From Escherichia coli (GTDB lineage Bacteria > Pseudomonadota > Gammaproteobacteria > Enterobacterales > Enterobacteriaceae), in assembly GCF_041886205.1 (NCBI RefSeq), contig NZ_CP169029.1: 64,000 nt of DNA; one strand, 5' to 3'. Below the pieces are notes generated by a model, which saw nothing but the letters and a program-made list of their open reading frames with translations, was not told where the DNA came from and did no database searches. The position numbers and the translations under genes were made by a program. The first letter of the stretch is position 1. Every line of letters begins with the position of its first letter. Below are positions 47,879 through 61,276 of the stretch, in pieces.

Positions 47879-48364
47879 CTAATTATTCAGAGGATAAGCT
47901 TTTGAAAAATCATTGTACGTTTCATGAAGATGATAAAATTTTGCATCAGGGTCATTTTTCAGTTCTTCATATCTTTTCATCAGTTTTTTGAATAACCCCT
48001 CTGGTACAGGATAAGGATCTGTCTCATTTTTTGCACAGTAAAAATAGAAAAGCGCCTTTTCAAGCTCTGCAAGAGTTATATTATCCGCATTGCTTGTCAA
48101 ATACTCAAAGGCGTAAGACCACTGTTCTGACAATAATAAGAAATTCAGCGCCGAACCTTTAATAAAAACACCATCAATGTTATTTGAATTAAGTATTTTT
48201 TTACAAAATGACAGCCCCCCCCTCGAATCTTTAACTAATAAATTACTGAGACACTCTAACGCATCATCCTCTGGGTCGTTAAAAGAGTTAGCCTCTACAT
48301 AGCCATTAGCCAGGTAACTTTCTAAACCTTCAATATCCTTTGCGGTACTATTCACATTTATCAT
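47879..48364 (-). CDS. cdiI: CdiI immunity protein cognate to the full-length CdiA toxin
   Basis: 161-aa ORF; ATG overlaps the cdiA stop (ATGA) at 48361..48364. Confidence 0.7.
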   Translation of the reverse strand: MINVNSTAKDIEGLESYLANGYVEANSFNDPEDDALECLSNLLVKDSRGGLSFCKKILNSNNIDGVFIKGSALNFLLLSEQWSYAFEYLTSNADNITLAELEKALFYFYCAKNETDPYPVPEGLFKKLMKRYEELKNDPDAKFYHLHETYNDFSKAYPLNN

Positions 48365-51300
48365 TTGAATGTCCCCGTATTAACAGTTGAAAGTCTTTTC
48401 GTGCCATCAGGTAATATTGTCCATGTAGCATAAATCCTTACGTTACCGTTAGGCCCTGATACAACAACAGATGTTTTTCTATTTGCAGATGTAGCCCCCT
48501 GAGCTGAGTCCAATAACTTATCCATTATCATGCTGTTATTACTGGCAGTATTCACTATACCTGCTTGTTCTAATACACGAGCCATATCTTGAGAACGCTC
48601 AATATTATGGATTTGTTTTTCTAATACTTCCATCCTTTTAGCATTGTTTGGATCTTTTGCAAATTCTTTTTGGCTGCTAATCCTTGCATCTTTTAAAGAA
48701 TTATATTCTGCTTGCAAAGAATCAAGGTCACCAGAAGCTTTACCACGCATATATAGTTCAATCTTATCGACAGGTATTTTAGCATCACCTTTTACAGCCG
48801 TGATGTGATTTTTCCCATTTGCATCTGGAAGTGAGCTAACCTCGAAACTATTAGACAAGCGTTGTTTACCAGCCAGAACTTCTATCTTACTGGCCGCCGC
48901 AGCACCTATTACTGGTGCCATCGAAGCAGCTACAACTTTCATTCCATCATAAGTTTCAACGTATGCCTGTGCCGTCGCCCTATCGACCCCAAACTGCACC
49001 ATGGCATAGTTCACCATCGCATCCTTCACCTGTTGTTGATTTTGTGCATCAACACTGGTGATATTCAGCAGGTTTACTATCTGCCCGTAAGCATCCGGAT
49101 ACATATCGCTGACTTGGTTATTGTAGTGTCCGGTTTCATAACCTCCTTTAGCTGCAATAACCTTCAGTCTTTCACCGGCACAAGCTGCGCTGGCTGCCTG
49201 TCCGTTACTGCACGCAGTGATTACTGCCTTATCACTGCTGATATCTTTTTCAAGCAATGCATCATATTTCTGCTGTGCCTTTTCACGCTCTGCCGGATCT
49301 TTACTGTTTTTAAGCTTCTGTTTTGCTATCTCAAGCTCTGTCTTTTCAGACACGCTAAGATAATTATTCTCAACCGAGTTCCTGCCTGCCTGTGCCCCCG
49401 TACCGGCAGCACTTGTACTGTTGCCTGCAAGTCCCCCCGCAATACCTGAAGCAATGGTGGCCAGCATGCTGATTTGCTGACGTTCCTGTTCACTCAGGTT
49501 ATCGGTACGACCACCGTAGTAGTTATCAATGATATACCGGGCTGCAAGTTCACCGCTGAATGCCCCCGCAGCACCGGAAGCCGCATTGTTTCCGCCCAGT
49601 TGTGCGGCAAGTGCTCCCCAGACTGCGTGAGCCATCAGGTTTGCTTCCCGGTTATCGCCGGTGGCCTGTTTTATAAGCTGTGCCACTGCCGGATTCAGAC
49701 CGCCAGCCAGTACCTGCCCCGGATTCCCTGCATTCAGTCCGCCCAGCACGCCCGTGATGGCCTGTACCACCATCTGCGGCGTACTGCCCGTACCGTAGCC
49801 TTTCATGACCTCTCTGTATTCCGGAGTCTCCCGCAACTGTGCATCGCTCATGCCAGGATGCTCTTTCCTGGCTGCTTTCATCGCTTCAGTTTCGCCATAC
49901 GTCATGACGATGTTACTCATCTGACCGCTAACCTGGCTGATAACCTGCGCTTCCTGCAGACGCTTCTGCTCTTTCTCCCTGTCAAATATCGGTGCAATGC
50001 TGCCGTTGGCATTTTCCGGGTCCCGGCTGAGCCCGGCAATATCCTGCTTCTGACTCTCCTGATCACGGATAATGAGATTTCCGCCGCTGATGGCGGATGA
50101 CGTGGTACCTTCAGCATGTCCACTGCTGCCGGACATACCGGTAAGTGCGTTCGCCGCACCGGCTATTGCATTTGAGGCCACCATCTGGCTGGCTGACATC
50201 CCTGAGCCACCCGATAAACTGATTCCTGTATGGCTGGCTTTATAGTCTGCCTGGTTATGGATATCCGACCAGCCCAGCGTGCCGGTACTGAGGCTGTTTT
50301 TGTCATCCGTTGCCGTGGACGCAATTACCGCACCATTGAGCTGAGTGTGATTCCCCACAGTGACATCAAACCCGTCTTTTCCGGCGTAGATACCACTCTG
50401 TTCCCGGACAGAATCATAATTGCTTTTAATTTTGTCCTGACTGATGCTGGCATAGCCGCTGCCGGACATTGAGCCAAACGTGAAGCTTCCACCTGCGGCC
50501 ACGCTGTTCTGTCTGCTGTCGTAACGGTCACTGTCCTGAAGGCTCGAAATGGTCAGGTTGTTGCCGACATCTGCTGTGACTTTCTCGCCACTGACCTGAG
50601 CCCCCGACAGGGTGGTATCATGTCCGCTTGTGAGGGAGACATTTTTACCCGCATCCACCGTGGTTTCGGTCCAGGTGGTACCGTTGCCTTTCTCCCTGCC
50701 CTCTGAACCATTGATACCGGCGAAGATACTGAGGCCTCCGCCATTGGTTCCACCACCAAAGCTGACGCCCACGCCGCCACCTTTGCTGCTGTTCTTCCCG
50801 GTGGTCTGTCGGGTGTCAGCGGCGGCAGCCAGCAGAATATCGTTCTGTGCATTCAGGCTGGTGTCATTGCCGGACTTAATCTGGCTCCCGGTAATGAGAA
50901 TATCGCCGCTGTTGTTATGGTCCTTATTTTTCCCCGTGGCAGTGACAGAGACATTGTTACCGGCGCTGAGGGTTGAGCCGGAGACGATATCGTGCTGATA
51001 TTTCGTCTCAGACTTCGACTGCTGATGGTTGAGCGAAATGCTCACGCCGATACCATTATTCGGGTCAGCACTCTGTTGCTGCAGTCCGTGGTTAACACCG
51101 GCCTGTACACCGGACAGAACCGCCTGTGTTCCTTTCAGTACCGCCAGACGGCTGTCGCTGGTTTCTTTCGCCTCCCGGGCCATGGTGGCAGCATTATTGA
51201 TGGCACTGCCCACCGTGCCGGAAAGGGCAACCGTCAGCCCGCTTTTCTTCTGCTCAAATTTTTCGTCCACAGTACGACGGTCATGCCCCGGGTCAACCAC

Positions 51301-54300
51301 CACACTGTCACCGGTAATGCTGATATCCCGGTTCGCAATCACATCCGAACCGCTGATATGAGCCTGTTTGCCCGCAGTAATACTGACATTACCGGCAGTG
51401 GAGCCTATGGTGCTGGCACTCTGACTCTGCGTTGTCCCGGCCTCGCGGCGGTCGTGCGTTGTCTTACTGCTGCCAGTGGTGAAACCAATACCGCCGGTAC
51501 CCGTCAGACCGGATTTCTTCGTTTCCTTAAAGCGCCAGGACGTATCTGTACTGGTGGCAGCAAGAACATCAACATGGTTATCCGCCGCCAGTGACACATC
51601 CCGGTCAGCCACCACAACCGAACCCTGTACCGTCAGGTTATTACCGGCGTTAACGGTCACGCGGTTTCCCGACAGCAGGGAGCCCTTCTCACGGGTGACG
51701 CTGTCTTCCGTGATGGTCCGGGTGGTCTGATGGCTGAGGAGACGGTTACGGGTTTCCCCTGATTCACTGTAGTGATAATCACTTTCCGTGGCAGTACCCA
51801 GTACGATGTCATGACCGGCATTCACACGGATATCGCCCTTTGCCGTTACAGCGGTCGCAACTGAGGTGATATCCCGTCCGGCAGTAACCGTGATGTCACC
51901 GCCACTGGTCATATCTGTTCCCTGCTGCCGGACCGAATCATGAACCGTCTTCATGCTGAAAGTGCTGTCGTGGTCACCTGCGCCTGTGGACTCCGCAGCC
52001 ATGTTCACATCCCGTCCGGCGCGGATATCCATACTGTTTTCAGCCGTAATACCGGCAGCCTGGCTGTTCACATCACGACCGGCGGAAAGCATCAGACTGT
52101 TCCCGGCAGTGACCGTGGGGGCCACGGCATGAGTTTCATACCACCCGGACCCGCCATAGCGACGACGTTCGCCGGCCTGTATCGCGTTCATGTTCAGGTC
52201 ATTACCGGCGGACAGTAACACGCTGTCACCGGCAGAAACAGCGGCACCGGTGATACTGATATCTCCGGCTGCGCCCATAAACAGTGAGTCCGTTGCCCTG
52301 ACAGCAGCCAGCGGACCGGTATCCGTTCCGCTGAAATGGTTATATCCGTTGTTCATCGCCCACTGTTCTGTCCGGGTGAGGTTACTGATGTTTCCGGTGG
52401 CGCTTTCCAGGGATACGGTTTTACCGCTGATGACTGAGCTGATATTGCCGATATCCCCGATGGCGCTCAGGTCCAGGCTACCGCCCGCGCTTATCAGCCC
52501 CGCATTCAGGTTGTCGATACTGCCTGTGCTGTCGAGCAGGAGGTCATTCTGTGCGTTGATGCTGCCGCCGCTGTTGGTAATATTGCCACCCGCAAGCTGC
52601 ACGTTGTTCCCGCTGATAACGCTGCCATTATGCAGGGTGATATCTTCCGGAGACAGATACAGTTTCGGAACCATGACTGTCTGTCCGTTGATGGTGACGG
52701 ACTCCCACCACAGTATGCTTCTGGTCAGTTGTGCAACCTGCCCGGCGGTCAGCGACACTCCAAAGGTCAGTCCGAGCGCTTTCTGTTGCGCTGCCGCGCT
52801 GTCCATCAGGTATTTCATCTGCGTCAGGTCAGAGCCTGTGCCGTTGATATAACGTGAGCCCGTCTGGTTCAGTATGACGTTACTGACATACCGGGTATCA
52901 AAAGCCGCATCCCCCAGAAAGCGGTAATCTTTTTCCGGTTTCAGGCCAAGACGGTCAAGAATGTACGACGAGCCCAGAAACTGTTTTTCATCGGTATACG
53001 CCGGGTCTGTTTCTCGTGGTGCCTGTCCGGGTTGCATCCTGAGCAGGTCATACAGTCCGGCAAACAGACTGCTGTCCACCTTTCCGAGACCATCCAGTTT
53101 CGGGTTCACCGTAATCAGATACGGACTGTCCGGGGCCGTGGACGGGACAAAATAACCATTGTTACCGGATGGCAGGGGATAGCTGCTTACACTTGCCCCG
53201 GACAGCGACAGCGCACCCGGGATATCCTTCAGCGTATCCGGCAGCGCGTCATTCCATACAGGGCCGGTTATCCCGGTACCGCTTTCATTCAGCAGGGCTT
53301 CACCGCTCACCCCCTGACTGACCGTCGGTGGTGTCAGGGAGTTCAGCGAAGGCACCGTTATCGTGTTACCTGCACCACCTGCCCGGGGCATGACAGTGGT
53401 ATTACCGGTGTCAGTGGCAAAGCTGGCAGACACATCACCGGCAGCGCTGATAACCGCACGGTACTGACCTGCCGGAGAGGTGCCACTGGCTTCTGTCGCA
53501 TCCGGCGAGACCTGGCGATAGACCCTGTACCATGGCTCAGTAAACCACGCTTTGGGGAGTGAGCCGGAGGCAAGCCGCCAGACCGTTTCCTTTCCGGTGG
53601 TCCCCTCCTGCCAGCCCTGATTGTTCAGTGTGTCGCCACTCAGGGTCATACTGCCACCGGCGAGAATAAACGATGCCTCATTATCCAGTCGTCCTGCACG
53701 GATATGCATATCAGCGCCGCCGGATATCCTGGCAGCATGGCCGGAGGCACTGACTGTCACCGTATCCGTATCTCCCGTACGGATACGGTATTCATCAGGT
53801 ACCGTGGCACCCTTACCCCAGTACACGGCCAGATATTCCACACCATCATGCCGGACAACACCCCACCACCGGTTATTTTCCGGAACCGGTGAAATCACCC
53901 CGTGACTGCTTCCAGGAATGACCTCATGGCTGGCCGAAATGGCATCCCATGAATTCAGCAGATGCGCCGTATTCATGGTGATATCGCCACGCGTGGTTTC
54001 AATATTACCGGAACGGTTAATGATTTCGCTGTTTGCCGTTCCGCTGCTGTCCTTCTGTACCCACAGACTGTTGCCGGCCAGGATATCACCATGCTGGTTA
54101 TGCAGACGGTCTGTAAACAGCTTCAGGTTATTCCCCGCATAAATCAGCGCACTGTTCAGCAGGGTACCGGCCACATTCATTGTCAGACTGCCTGCCGTGC
54201 CGGTAAAACCACTGATGGTGATATCACTCCGGCTGTTCAGACTCACATCGCCACCGGCCTGAAGTGAACCCGGTGCGTTAAGGAAAAGACGCTGTGCGCT

Positions 54301-57300
54301 GAAAACACTGTTGCCTTTACCGGCAGTCAGCATTCCATTGTTGGTGAATGCCTCTCCGGCACCGAGCACCATGGCATCACCCTGCATCACACCGCCGTTG
54401 GTGATGGCATTTTGCGACGTGACGGAAAGGGTTTTCCCTGCGGCCAGGGTACCATGATTCGTGAGGGCAGCAATCAGTTTCAGTGTGACATCACCGGTGG
54501 CCACCACCTGACCCTGACCACTGAAGTCCTGAGCGTCAAGCAGCAGGTTGCCTGCACTGTACAGCCGCCCTGTACCATTTTGCAGCAGTGAACTGCCCTT
54601 GACGCCAAGCCCGGAGGTTCCCAGCAGGGTACCGCTGTTGCTGAATGTGTGGTAATTCACCAGCAGGTCTGCACCCTGAAGCGTACCGGTATTATTCAGC
54701 GTGGTTCCTTTAACGTCGGCACTGCCGGTGGCAAGTACGCGTCCGCCGTTGACAGTATTCACCACATCCAGCAGCAGGGTGGCAGCCTGTACCAGTCCGC
54801 TGCCGGTGTTCGCCAGCACCTGCGCCGTCAGCGTGAGGTTACTGCCGGAGAGGATTTTGCCGTCGTTCTGCAGACGGTCAGTGGCGTTCAGGGAAACCCC
54901 GCCACCACCCTGTATCGTGCCCTGGTTACTCAGGGTCGCAGTACTGACATTCAGTGCATTCCGGCTCATCAGAACACCACCGGAACGGTTGTTCACGCCA
55001 CCGGAGGCGGCCAGCGTCAGCGTTTCGCCCTGCAGATGCCCGCCGTTTGTGAGTTGTCCTGCCGTGATGGTGGTGGCATTTCCCTGTAATTGCCCGTCGT
55101 TTGTGACACTGTCTGCCTTCAGCGTCAGCACACCTGCACTGAGCAGTTTTCCGCTCGCGTGATTGTTCAGCGTCTGATTCACCGTGAGCGTGAGAGCATC
55201 CACACCGGTGATGTCACCCGCACTGGTCAGTGAGTTCGCCTTCAGGGTCAGATTTTTTGCAATCCATTGTCCGCTGTTGCTTAAATTCAGTGCACTGAGC
55301 GCCATTTCACCGTTCGAGGTGACTTTGCTACCTGCTGTGCTGACAAGCTCACCCGTCAGACGTGCAGTCAGGCTGTCAGCCGCCTGGATCGCCCCGCTGT
55401 TTGCCAGACTGTCTGCGGTGATCAGCACCCGTTTGCCCTGCCAGTGTCCGGAACTGGTAATACTGCCTGCGGTGATTGTCAGGTCGCCGCTGGTCAGCAA
55501 TGAGCCTCCGTTATTCATCAGCGCAGGTTGAGGGGATACCATACGGGCGGCAAGCGTCAGCGCGGCGATCCCGGTGAACGTGCCACTGTTGGTGACACTG
55601 TTCTGGCGAATCGTGACATGGTCACCCTGGACAGTGCCGCGGTTATCCAGTGAATTTCCATCAAGGGAGAGCGTGCCGGCCGAAAGCAGACTGCCCCGGT
55701 TGTCCGTGGTGGCTGCGTTCAGCGTGGTGTCACCCTGGCTCATGATATCGCCGGTACTGGTCAACTGACCGGTTGCCGAAGCAGTAAGGTTACCGGTTGC
55801 CAGCACGGAGCCACTGTTCGCCCAGTTGTCCGCCTGCACGGTGAGATTCTGTCCCTGCGTGGTCCCTGCGGTATGCAGTGTTTTACCCCGGAGGGAGAGG
55901 TCGCCCGCCGTCAGCCAGCGTCCGTTACGGCCCTGTGAGAGGGTGTCGCCTGCAAGCGCCAGTGCACCGGCGCCCTGCAACAGACCATCACCATCCAGCG
56001 TGGTCGCCCTGACGTTCAGCGTGTCAGCGATGATTTTTCCCGGATTGCTGAGGGAGGCAGTGTTTAACGTTAAACCATTATCACTGGTGATAAGCCCGCT
56101 GTTGCGGATGTCCGGTATATCCAGCGTCAGGTCTGCAGCACTGTACAGCGTGCCGTTCTGCTGATTATCAAGCCTCTGTGTGTTAACGGTGAGTGAGGCC
56201 TCCCCCTGCAACAGACCACTGTTGGTCAGGGTCTGTGACTGTGTATTCAGGGCGGAACCAACAAGCACACCGCTGCTGGTCAGTTCCGGCGCACTGAGGC
56301 TGAGCGACGGGGCGCTGCTTTTCCCGCTGTGGGTGAGCTTTTCACTGGCGTTCACCGCCATGGTCTGTTGTGCTGCCTGCGTACCTGCAAGACGTGCATC
56401 TCTGGCGTTGATGCTGAGATTTTTACCGCTCTGAAGCTGTGCGCCCGCTGCGGTACTCAGTTTGTCTGCCTGAACCAGGAGGGTGTCACCGGCACTGTTT
56501 TCCCCGTCCAGCGCCACTGTTGTCACATTCAGCGTCATCGCAGCATCGCTGTGGGTGACCGATTTTTTACCGGAGCTCAGCGCCTGCGCACTGACCGTCA
56601 GCCCTTTGCCGCCGGACAGCACACCGTTCTGTGTCACATCCTGCGCCTTCAGCACCAGTACATCATCGCTCACCAGCGAACCTGTACTGGTCAGTTTCCC
56701 ACTGGCCGTGATATCCACTTTGCCCTTCGCGCCAGTGCGGCCGCTCTGGGTAAAGTCGCGGGTATTCACGGTCAGGGGACCGCCACTGAGCAGGGAGCCA
56801 CTGTTGCTGAGCGTTGTACTGCCGAGCGTCAGGGAAGCCCCCTGAACAGCACCACTGTTATTCAGCGTGCCGGCATCGAGTCCCGCATGACCTTTCGCCA
56901 GCAATATTCCGTCCTGTGTCAGCGTGGTGGCGCTGGCCGTGAGATTCCGCCCGGCGGTTATCTGTCCCTGTGTTGTCAGCGTGTCACTGGCGACAGTCAC
57001 AATATCGCGGGCCGCGTTAATCTGGCTGGCGGTATCCTGTGTGATGTTTTTCGCGGCAAGCGTTACATCCCGGCCGGCAGTCAGTTTTTCATTCTGTTGA
57101 GTGATTCTGCCGCCGGCGGTCAGGCTGAGGTCCTTGTCGCTGTTAAGCGTTCCATTGCTGAGAACGATATCGCTCCGGCTGCTGACGCTCAGGTTACCTC
57201 CCGCTTTATGGTCGCCGGTTAAGGTGACGCCCTGACCTTTTGCAGTGACGGCCCCCGTGGCGAGACTGTTGTTGACAGTCAGTCTGCCGCTGGCATCCAG

Positions 57301-58140
57301 GGTGATATCGCCATCGCGGGCATAAAGGTTACCAAGATTAACCCCGACACCACTTTCAGTGGAGGTCAGATGAATACGCCTGGCGTACATTCCACCGAGC
57401 GCGCCGGTATCAACGGCAACTTTCGGCACATCACCTTCGCCCTTCAGTGCACTGACACGACCATCTGCAGTTATCCGGTTAGCGCCTGCAGTGACAGTTA
57501 AATCCTTCGCATGAAGCGCGGCATTCACTTCCGTTGCACGGGCAATAATGGATACGGCATCGCTCCGGGTGCCGTCCAGGCCCGCGCCATTGATGGTGAT
57601 ACTGCCTTCAGTCACCTCCAGCGCCTGCAGGCTGCCGTCGGCATTCATCACAGGTCTGCCTGTGGTGAGCGTCGCGTGCGGCGTGTTGATAAAACCACAG
57701 CCGTCACAGGTGATACCATACGGGTTGGCAACCATCACATTCGCCGCTTTGCCGGCCACTTCCGTATAGCCCTGCAGCAGTGAACGGTTACCGCCGGTCA
57801 CTTCGTTGATGATACCCTTCGCTTCCCCGCCCGCTTTCAGGTTCGGGTTATTCTGTATCAGTCCACCAAGCTGCGTCGGATTAAGCTTAGCGGTGGCATT
57901 ATTGAGAATCAGCCCTTCCTTCCCGACGTTGTAATCCGTAAACCGGTTATGCGAAATCCCGGCCCCGTTCGGCGTGGCAATGTTCACGACCGGCACACCA
58001 TTTGCCGCTTTATCCATTCCGGCCCCGTTTTGTGGGGTGATGACGGCCCCCACAGCCGGTAACAACGGCTGCCCGGCGATAATCGCACTGACCAGGTAAC
58101 TCAGCAGGCGGTAAGTGAAGTGAACGGGAGGCTGATTCAT
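48361..58140 (-). CDS. cdiA: CdiA contact-dependent inhibition exoprotein (two-partner secretion TpsA, 3259 aa)
   Basis: Extended signal peptide and TPS domain (...[26 protein letters not shown]...), long FHA-type repeat region, pretoxin ...GRNSVENN (VENN codons 49363..49374), 333-aa C-terminal domain; SD AAGGGA before ATG. Confidence 0.95.
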   Translation of the reverse strand: MNQPPVHFTYRLLSYLVSAIIAGQPLLPAVGAVITPQNGAGMDKAANGVPVVNIATPNGAGISHNRFTDYNVGKEGLILNNATAKLNPTQLGGLIQNNPNLKAGGEAKGIINEVTGGNRSLLQGYTEVAGKAANVMVANPYGITCDGCGFINTPHATLTTGRPVMNADGSLQALEVTEGSITINGAGLDGTRSDAVSIIARATEVNAALHAKDLTVTAGANRITADGRVSALKGEGDVPKVAVDTGALGGMYARRIHLTSTESGVGVNLGNLYARDGDITLDASGRLTVNNSLATGAVTAKGQGVTLTGDHKAGGNLSVSSRSDIVLSNGTLNSDKDLSLTAGGRITQQNEKLTAGRDVTLAAKNITQDTASQINAARDIVTVASDTLTTQGQITAGRNLTASATTLTQDGILLAKGHAGLDAGTLNNSGAVQGASLTLGSTTLSNSGSLLSGGPLTVNTRDFTQSGRTGAKGKVDITASGKLTSTGSLVSDDVLVLKAQDVTQNGVLSGGKGLTVSAQALSSGKKSVTHSDAAMTLNVTTVALDGENSAGDTLLVQADKLSTAAGAQLQSGKNLSINARDARLAGTQAAQQTMAVNASEKLTHSGKSSAPSLSLSAPELTSSGVLVGSALNTQSQTLTNSGLLQGEASLTVNTQRLDNQQNGTLYSAADLTLDIPDIRNSGLITSDNGLTLNTASLSNPGKIIADTLNVRATTLDGDGLLQGAGALALAGDTLSQGRNGRWLTAGDLSLRGKTLHTAGTTQGQNLTVQADNWANSGSVLATGNLTASATGQLTSTGDIMSQGDTTLNAATTDNRGSLLSAGTLSLDGNSLDNRGTVQGDHVTIRQNSVTNSGTFTGIAALTLAARMVSPQPALMNNGGSLLTSGDLTITAGSITSSGHWQGKRVLITADSLANSGAIQAADSLTARLTGELVSTAGSKVTSNGEMALSALNLSNSGQWIAKNLTLKANSLTSAGDITGVDALTLTVNQTLNNHASGKLLSAGVLTLKADSVTNDGQLQGNATTITAGQLTNGGHLQGETLTLAASGGVNNRSGGVLMSRNALNVSTATLSNQGTIQGGGGVSLNATDRLQNDGKILSGSNLTLTAQVLANTGSGLVQAATLLLDVVNTVNGGRVLATGSADVKGTTLNNTGTLQGADLLVNYHTFSNSGTLLGTSGLGVKGSSLLQNGTGRLYSAGNLLLDAQDFSGQGQVVATGDVTLKLIAALTNHGTLAAGKTLSVTSQNAITNGGVMQGDAMVLGAGEAFTNNGMLTAGKGNSVFSAQRLFLNAPGSLQAGGDVSLNSRSDITISGFTGTAGSLTMNVAGTLLNSALIYAGNNLKLFTDRLHNQHGDILAGNSLWVQKDSSGTANSEIINRSGNIETTRGDITMNTAHLLNSWDAISASHEVIPGSSHGVISPVPENNRWWGVVRHDGVEYLAVYWGKGATVPDEYRIRTGDTDTVTVSASGHAARISGGADMHIRAGRLDNEASFILAGGSMTLSGDTLNNQGWQEGTTGKETVWRLASGSLPKAWFTEPWYRVYRQVSPDATEASGTSPAGQYRAVISAAGDVSASFATDTGNTTVMPRAGGAGNTITVPSLNSLTPPTVSQGVSGEALLNESGTGITGPVWNDALPDTLKDIPGALSLSGASVSSYPLPSGNNGYFVPSTAPDSPYLITVNPKLDGLGKVDSSLFAGLYDLLRMQPGQAPRETDPAYTDEKQFLGSSYILDRLGLKPEKDYRFLGDAAFDTRYVSNVILNQTGSRYINGTGSDLTQMKYLMDSAAAQQKALGLTFGVSLTAGQVAQLTRSILWWESVTINGQTVMVPKLYLSPEDITLHNGSVISGNNVQLAGGNITNSGGSINAQNDLLLDSTGSIDNLNAGLISAGGSLDLSAIGDIGNISSVISGKTVSLESATGNISNLTRTEQWAMNNGYNHFSGTDTGPLAAVRATDSLFMGAAGDISITGAAVSAGDSVLLSAGNDLNMNAIQAGERRRYGGSGWYETHAVAPTVTAGNSLMLSAGRDVNSQAAGITAENSMDIRAGRDVNMAAESTGAGDHDSTFSMKTVHDSVRQQGTDMTSGGDITVTAGRDITSVATAVTAKGDIRVNAGHDIVLGTATESDYHYSESGETRNRLLSHQTTRTITEDSVTREKGSLLSGNRVTVNAGNNLTVQGSVVVADRDVSLAADNHVDVLAATSTDTSWRFKETKKSGLTGTGGIGFTTGSSKTTHDRREAGTTQSQSASTIGSTAGNVSITAGKQAHISGSDVIANRDISITGDSVVVDPGHDRRTVDEKFEQKKSGLTVALSGTVGSAINNAATMAREAKETSDSRLAVLKGTQAVLSGVQAGVNHGLQQQSADPNNGIGVSISLNHQQSKSETKYQHDIVSGSTLSAGNNVSVTATGKNKDHNNSGDILITGSQIKSGNDTSLNAQNDILLAAAADTRQTTGKNSSKGGGVGVSFGGGTNGGGLSIFAGINGSEGREKGNGTTWTETTVDAGKNVSLTSGHDTTLSGAQVSGEKVTADVGNNLTISSLQDSDRYDSRQNSVAAGGSFTFGSMSGSGYASISQDKIKSNYDSVREQSGIYAGKDGFDVTVGNHTQLNGAVIASTATDDKNSLSTGTLGWSDIHNQADYKASHTGISLSGGSGMSASQMVASNAIAGAANALTGMSGSSGHAEGTTSSAISGGNLIIRDQESQKQDIAGLSRDPENANGSIAPIFDREKEQKRLQEAQVISQVSGQMSNIVMTYGETEAMKAARKEHPGMSDAQLRETPEYREVMKGYGTGSTPQMVVQAITGVLGGLNAGNPGQVLAGGLNPAVAQLIKQATGDNREANLMAHAVWGALAAQLGGNNAASGAAGAFSGELAARYIIDNYYGGRTDNLSEQERQQISMLATIASGIAGGLAGNSTSAAGTGAQAGRNSVENNYLSVSEKTELEIAKQKLKNSKDPAEREKAQQKYDALLEKDISSDKAVITACSNGQAASAACAGERLKVIAAKGGYETGHYNNQVSDMYPDAYGQIVNLLNITSVDAQNQQQVKDAMVNYAMVQFGVDRATAQAYVETYDGMKVVAASMAPVIGAAAASKIEVLAGKQRLSNSFEVSSLPDANGKNHITAVKGDAKIPVDKIELYMRGKASGDLDSLQAEYNSLKDARISSQKEFAKDPNNAKRMEVLEKQIHNIERSQDMARVLEQAGIVNTASNNSMIMDKLLDSAQGATSANRKTSVVVSGPNGNVRIYATWTILPDGTKRLSTVNTGTFK

Positions 58141-58152
58141 GGTAATAATCCC

Positions 58153-59919
58153 TTAAAACGCGACGGCAACGCGCCAGTAAACCGTGAGATGGTCAGGGGC
58201 AAGCCAGTCCGGGTAAACCAGAGGCAGCCCGGCAGTGAACGAACCGGAAACATAGTCACTGGTGGTGCTGAGCCCGGCAGCACCACCCCACAGCGTGCCG
58301 GACGAGTACGGGTCATCTCTGTCAGAGTGCAGCCAGCCGCCGTCCAGTGCAGCCACTGCACGGACAGTTCCCACATATGGCAGGGAGAACAGAGACCAGG
58401 ACAGCTCATTTCGCAGATAACCGCCGTTATTACCGGAGATATACTGCTCCTTAAAGCCACGCACTGAACTCTCACCCCCGAGGCTCAGTTGTTCCACACC
58501 ATGAAGACGGTCCGGTGACCACTGGGCATAAGCGCTGGTCAGCCACCACACCCTGTCCGTGACGGGGCGCTGAAAACTGGCACTCACCGACCATTTCCGG
58601 AACTGATTTACGGGCAGGTCTCCCCTTTTCCCGTGGTCGCTTTCTGCGCCGAACCAGGGCATCCCCCGTGTGAATACCGGATTCAGTGTTCCGACACCCC
58701 CCAGAAACTTGTGTGTGTGATTCAGCCCGACAGAAAATGAAGTGAGTTTACGGCTGCTGCCCTGAAGCAGAACATCATCCAGATAATTGTGAATAATGCG
58801 GTGCTGCAGACCTCCGGTCAGTGCTGTCTTCATGTCCCCGTTACGGAACAGGACATGCGACAGTCCCAGCCGGTGAGTCTGCAGGTCTCCCGTGGAACGC
58901 CACCGCCAGCCCCGGTTATCAATGGTGCTGAGGTAGTCACTCCATGAATACGTATAATCCACCAGGGTATAGCCATACGGCAGACTGACACCGGCGGCAA
59001 AATTCCTCGCATCATGTGACACCGAAAAGTCACTGCTCCGTCCCCCGCTGACAAACCAGTTGTCAGCCAGCCCCAGCGGATTATTAAAGGAAAGGACACC
59101 ATTTAACTGCCCCGTACCGGTATTCTTCTGCCCGCTGTTGTCGATACCCACGCTCCCTGTGACGGGCCATTCCGGCAATGCCGTCAGTGTCACCACCGAC
59201 CATCCCTCACGGTCACCGGGCGATATTTCAATCTGTACCGGCTCCGTACGCAGACGATTAATCTGCTCCATCCCCTGCTCAATATCCCGCAGGTTCAGAA
59301 CCTTCCCCTCCATTCCCGGGAAAACCATCTTCAGGGTGCGGGCAGGAAGGTCAGCGCCTTCCGCCCGGATTTGCTGCAGCCTGCCTTCCATGACCGTTAT
59401 GTGCAGTACGCCCCCTGAAAGGTCCTGCTCTGTCAGAAAGGCCCGGCTGGTGATATATCCCCGGCGTATATAGCCGTCCGTCACGGCATCCGTGACCGCA
59501 GTCAGGCCGGTGATATTCAGACACTGATTCACCCACGGTGCCACCAGTCTGTCGGTTTCTGCAGACGTCAGTCGGGTGGCCCCACTGACAACAATGCGTG
59601 ACACCGTAAAGCAGGGGCCTTCAGTACCGGCAGACGTTTCCGGAGACGGCGTGATAGTCAGCGGCGCACTGCGCTCCAGCGCATCACGCTGACGCTGGTT
59701 TTCATCCAGCAACTGCTGCTGTTGCTGCTGAATTGCACTGCGGTCACCCGGAGACAGCATGGCTGCCGGAGACGAAAACGAAAGAATGCAAAGGCAGGAG
59801 AGGAGGGGAAAATAGCGTGCCACCGGAGAGAAAGTGCGGAGCTTAAATGCGCACTGACCGGAAACCATACCAGGCAACAAATTTCTGTTCGCCAGTAAGT
59901 TATCCTGCCGGTGCTGCAT
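58153..59919 (-). CDS. cdiB: CdiB, TpsB/Omp85-family outer-membrane transporter for CdiA
   Basis: 588 aa of ShlB/FhaC type with POTRA region and beta-barrel; SD GAGGAG before ATG 59919; stop 12 nt before cdiA start. Confidence 0.9.
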   Translation of the reverse strand: MQHRQDNLLANRNLLPGMVSGQCAFKLRTFSPVARYFPLLSCLCILSFSSPAAMLSPGDRSAIQQQQQQLLDENQRQRDALERSAPLTITPSPETSAGTEGPCFTVSRIVVSGATRLTSAETDRLVAPWVNQCLNITGLTAVTDAVTDGYIRRGYITSRAFLTEQDLSGGVLHITVMEGRLQQIRAEGADLPARTLKMVFPGMEGKVLNLRDIEQGMEQINRLRTEPVQIEISPGDREGWSVVTLTALPEWPVTGSVGIDNSGQKNTGTGQLNGVLSFNNPLGLADNWFVSGGRSSDFSVSHDARNFAAGVSLPYGYTLVDYTYSWSDYLSTIDNRGWRWRSTGDLQTHRLGLSHVLFRNGDMKTALTGGLQHRIIHNYLDDVLLQGSSRKLTSFSVGLNHTHKFLGGVGTLNPVFTRGMPWFGAESDHGKRGDLPVNQFRKWSVSASFQRPVTDRVWWLTSAYAQWSPDRLHGVEQLSLGGESSVRGFKEQYISGNNGGYLRNELSWSLFSLPYVGTVRAVAALDGGWLHSDRDDPYSSGTLWGGAAGLSTTSDYVSGSFTAGLPLVYPDWLAPDHLTVYWRVAVAF

Positions 59920-60286
59920 ATTCTCCTCGTGTCGTGGGTATTCAGTGTAAATTAACGTAAGCGGAATGTCAGTGCTGAAATTTACACCAGATAAAAAACA
60001 TACAGAAACAATCCTGTTATGTAAAATCTGGAAAAAATGTCAGAAATGTGATTGAAGTTGTATTTTTCGGAGGGGAAATGGAAAACAAACATCCGTATGG
60101 TAAAAAGGATGCTTCCTGCGGAGTAACAATCCGGGACACAACGCAAGTTCCAGTTCTGGTGTTGTGAATTTGAGTAAAAATAATCGTAACTCTCCGGAGA
60201 ACCGGAGCTTTCCCGAAGCGGCGTATTCTTATAAATGGAAATCCCTGCAGGTAATCACTCTGCCCGATAGCTGCATAATTTGCCTG

Positions 60287-60520
60287 TTAATCCTCATCCC
60301 CGGAGGCAAGCTCTGAAAACCACTCAGGGTGTTCACTGTATGCCACATTCAGCGCATCCCAGGAGACGTCCACATAAAAACTGTCCCACAATTTGCGGGT
60401 AACCACCTCTGCCAGTCGGTTCCTGTTATCCGCCTGTCCGGCATAACCTCTCTCTGCCAGCCACTCATTCAGTTCATGTTCCAGAGACAGATTGATAAAA
60501 TCGTAATCGGACCTTGCCAT
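60287..60520 (-). CDS. Hypothetical acidic small protein (77 aa)
   Basis: ORF with ATG; no recognisable motif. Confidence 0.35.
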   Translation of the reverse strand: MARSDYDFINLSLEHELNEWLAERGYAGQADNRNRLAEVVTRKLWDSFYVDVSWDALNVAYSEHPEWFSELASGDED

Positions 60521-60616
60521 TCCCGTTTCCTTTGCACATTTTTTCAGACACGGGAATAAAGTATAAAAAGCGGCACTCTGCCCCTGTCAAGGTGAAATCT
60601 GCCCTTCATCGCAATG

Positions 60617-61276
60617 TCAGAGATGGTATGCCGGTATTTTGCGGGTTGTTCCCGTCAGGTTATCGCTCGCTTCCACGGACGTTGTCACCACCGGCATTCC
60701 GCTCTTTCTCAGTCTCAGGATATCAGCCGCAATGCGCTGACTACCAGACCAGAACAGCCCGTCCAGTGCAGTCACCAGTAAACCGGCTTCCAGCGCATAC
60801 TTCAGCCGTTCACGGGGCACTTTCACTTCCCGGGCAATCTGCTGATATGGCAATGATGTGTTTTCATTCCCAACCACCCGGCGAATACGATGAGACAGAT
60901 GATACCGGTATGTATCTGGCACACCCGAAAGGCTGGCCTTCAGGCTGTACACGCAGCCAAAACGTTTATCGTTGAACACCACATTTTTCTGGCTGATGCC
61001 CCATTCTTCACGCAGCGCGGCAATCAGTTGTGGTGTACGGGTAAGCAACAAGCGAAAAGGCAGTTCAAAACTGGTGACGTAATCCACATTCAGCAGGGCA
61101 ATACGCAGCCGTTCTTCTGGCCCGGCCTCTGTCTGCCGGCACTCCTCCAGAACATCCAGCCACTGCCGGCGAAGACGGGAGGATTCATTCAGCTCTGTAA
61201 AACAGTATTTATCCGCCAGATAGTCAATTCGTGTACGCATACTGAAGAGAATTCCGTATAAAGATTCAGCTGGCAA
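60617..61276 (-). CDS. Hypothetical protein (219 aa), possible C-terminal winged-helix
   Basis: ORF with ATG; no recognisable catalytic motif. Confidence 0.4.
   Translation of the reverse strand: MPAESLYGILFSMRTRIDYLADKYCFTELNESSRLRRQWLDVLEECRQTEAGPEERLRIALLNVDYVTSFELPFRLLLTRTPQLIAALREEWGISQKNVVFNDKRFGCVYSLKASLSGVPDTYRYHLSHRIRRVVGNENTSLPYQQIAREVKVPRERLKYALEAGLLVTALDGLFWSGSQRIAADILRLRKSGMPVVTTSVEASDNLTGTTRKIPAYHL

Noticed and set aside
48862-57222. Many long plus-strand ORFs (up to ~300 aa) inside the cdiA region
   Set aside because: They are antisense to the continuous 3259-aa cdiA frame and arise from its repetitive, GC-rich sequence; none has a credible start context or recognisable motif.
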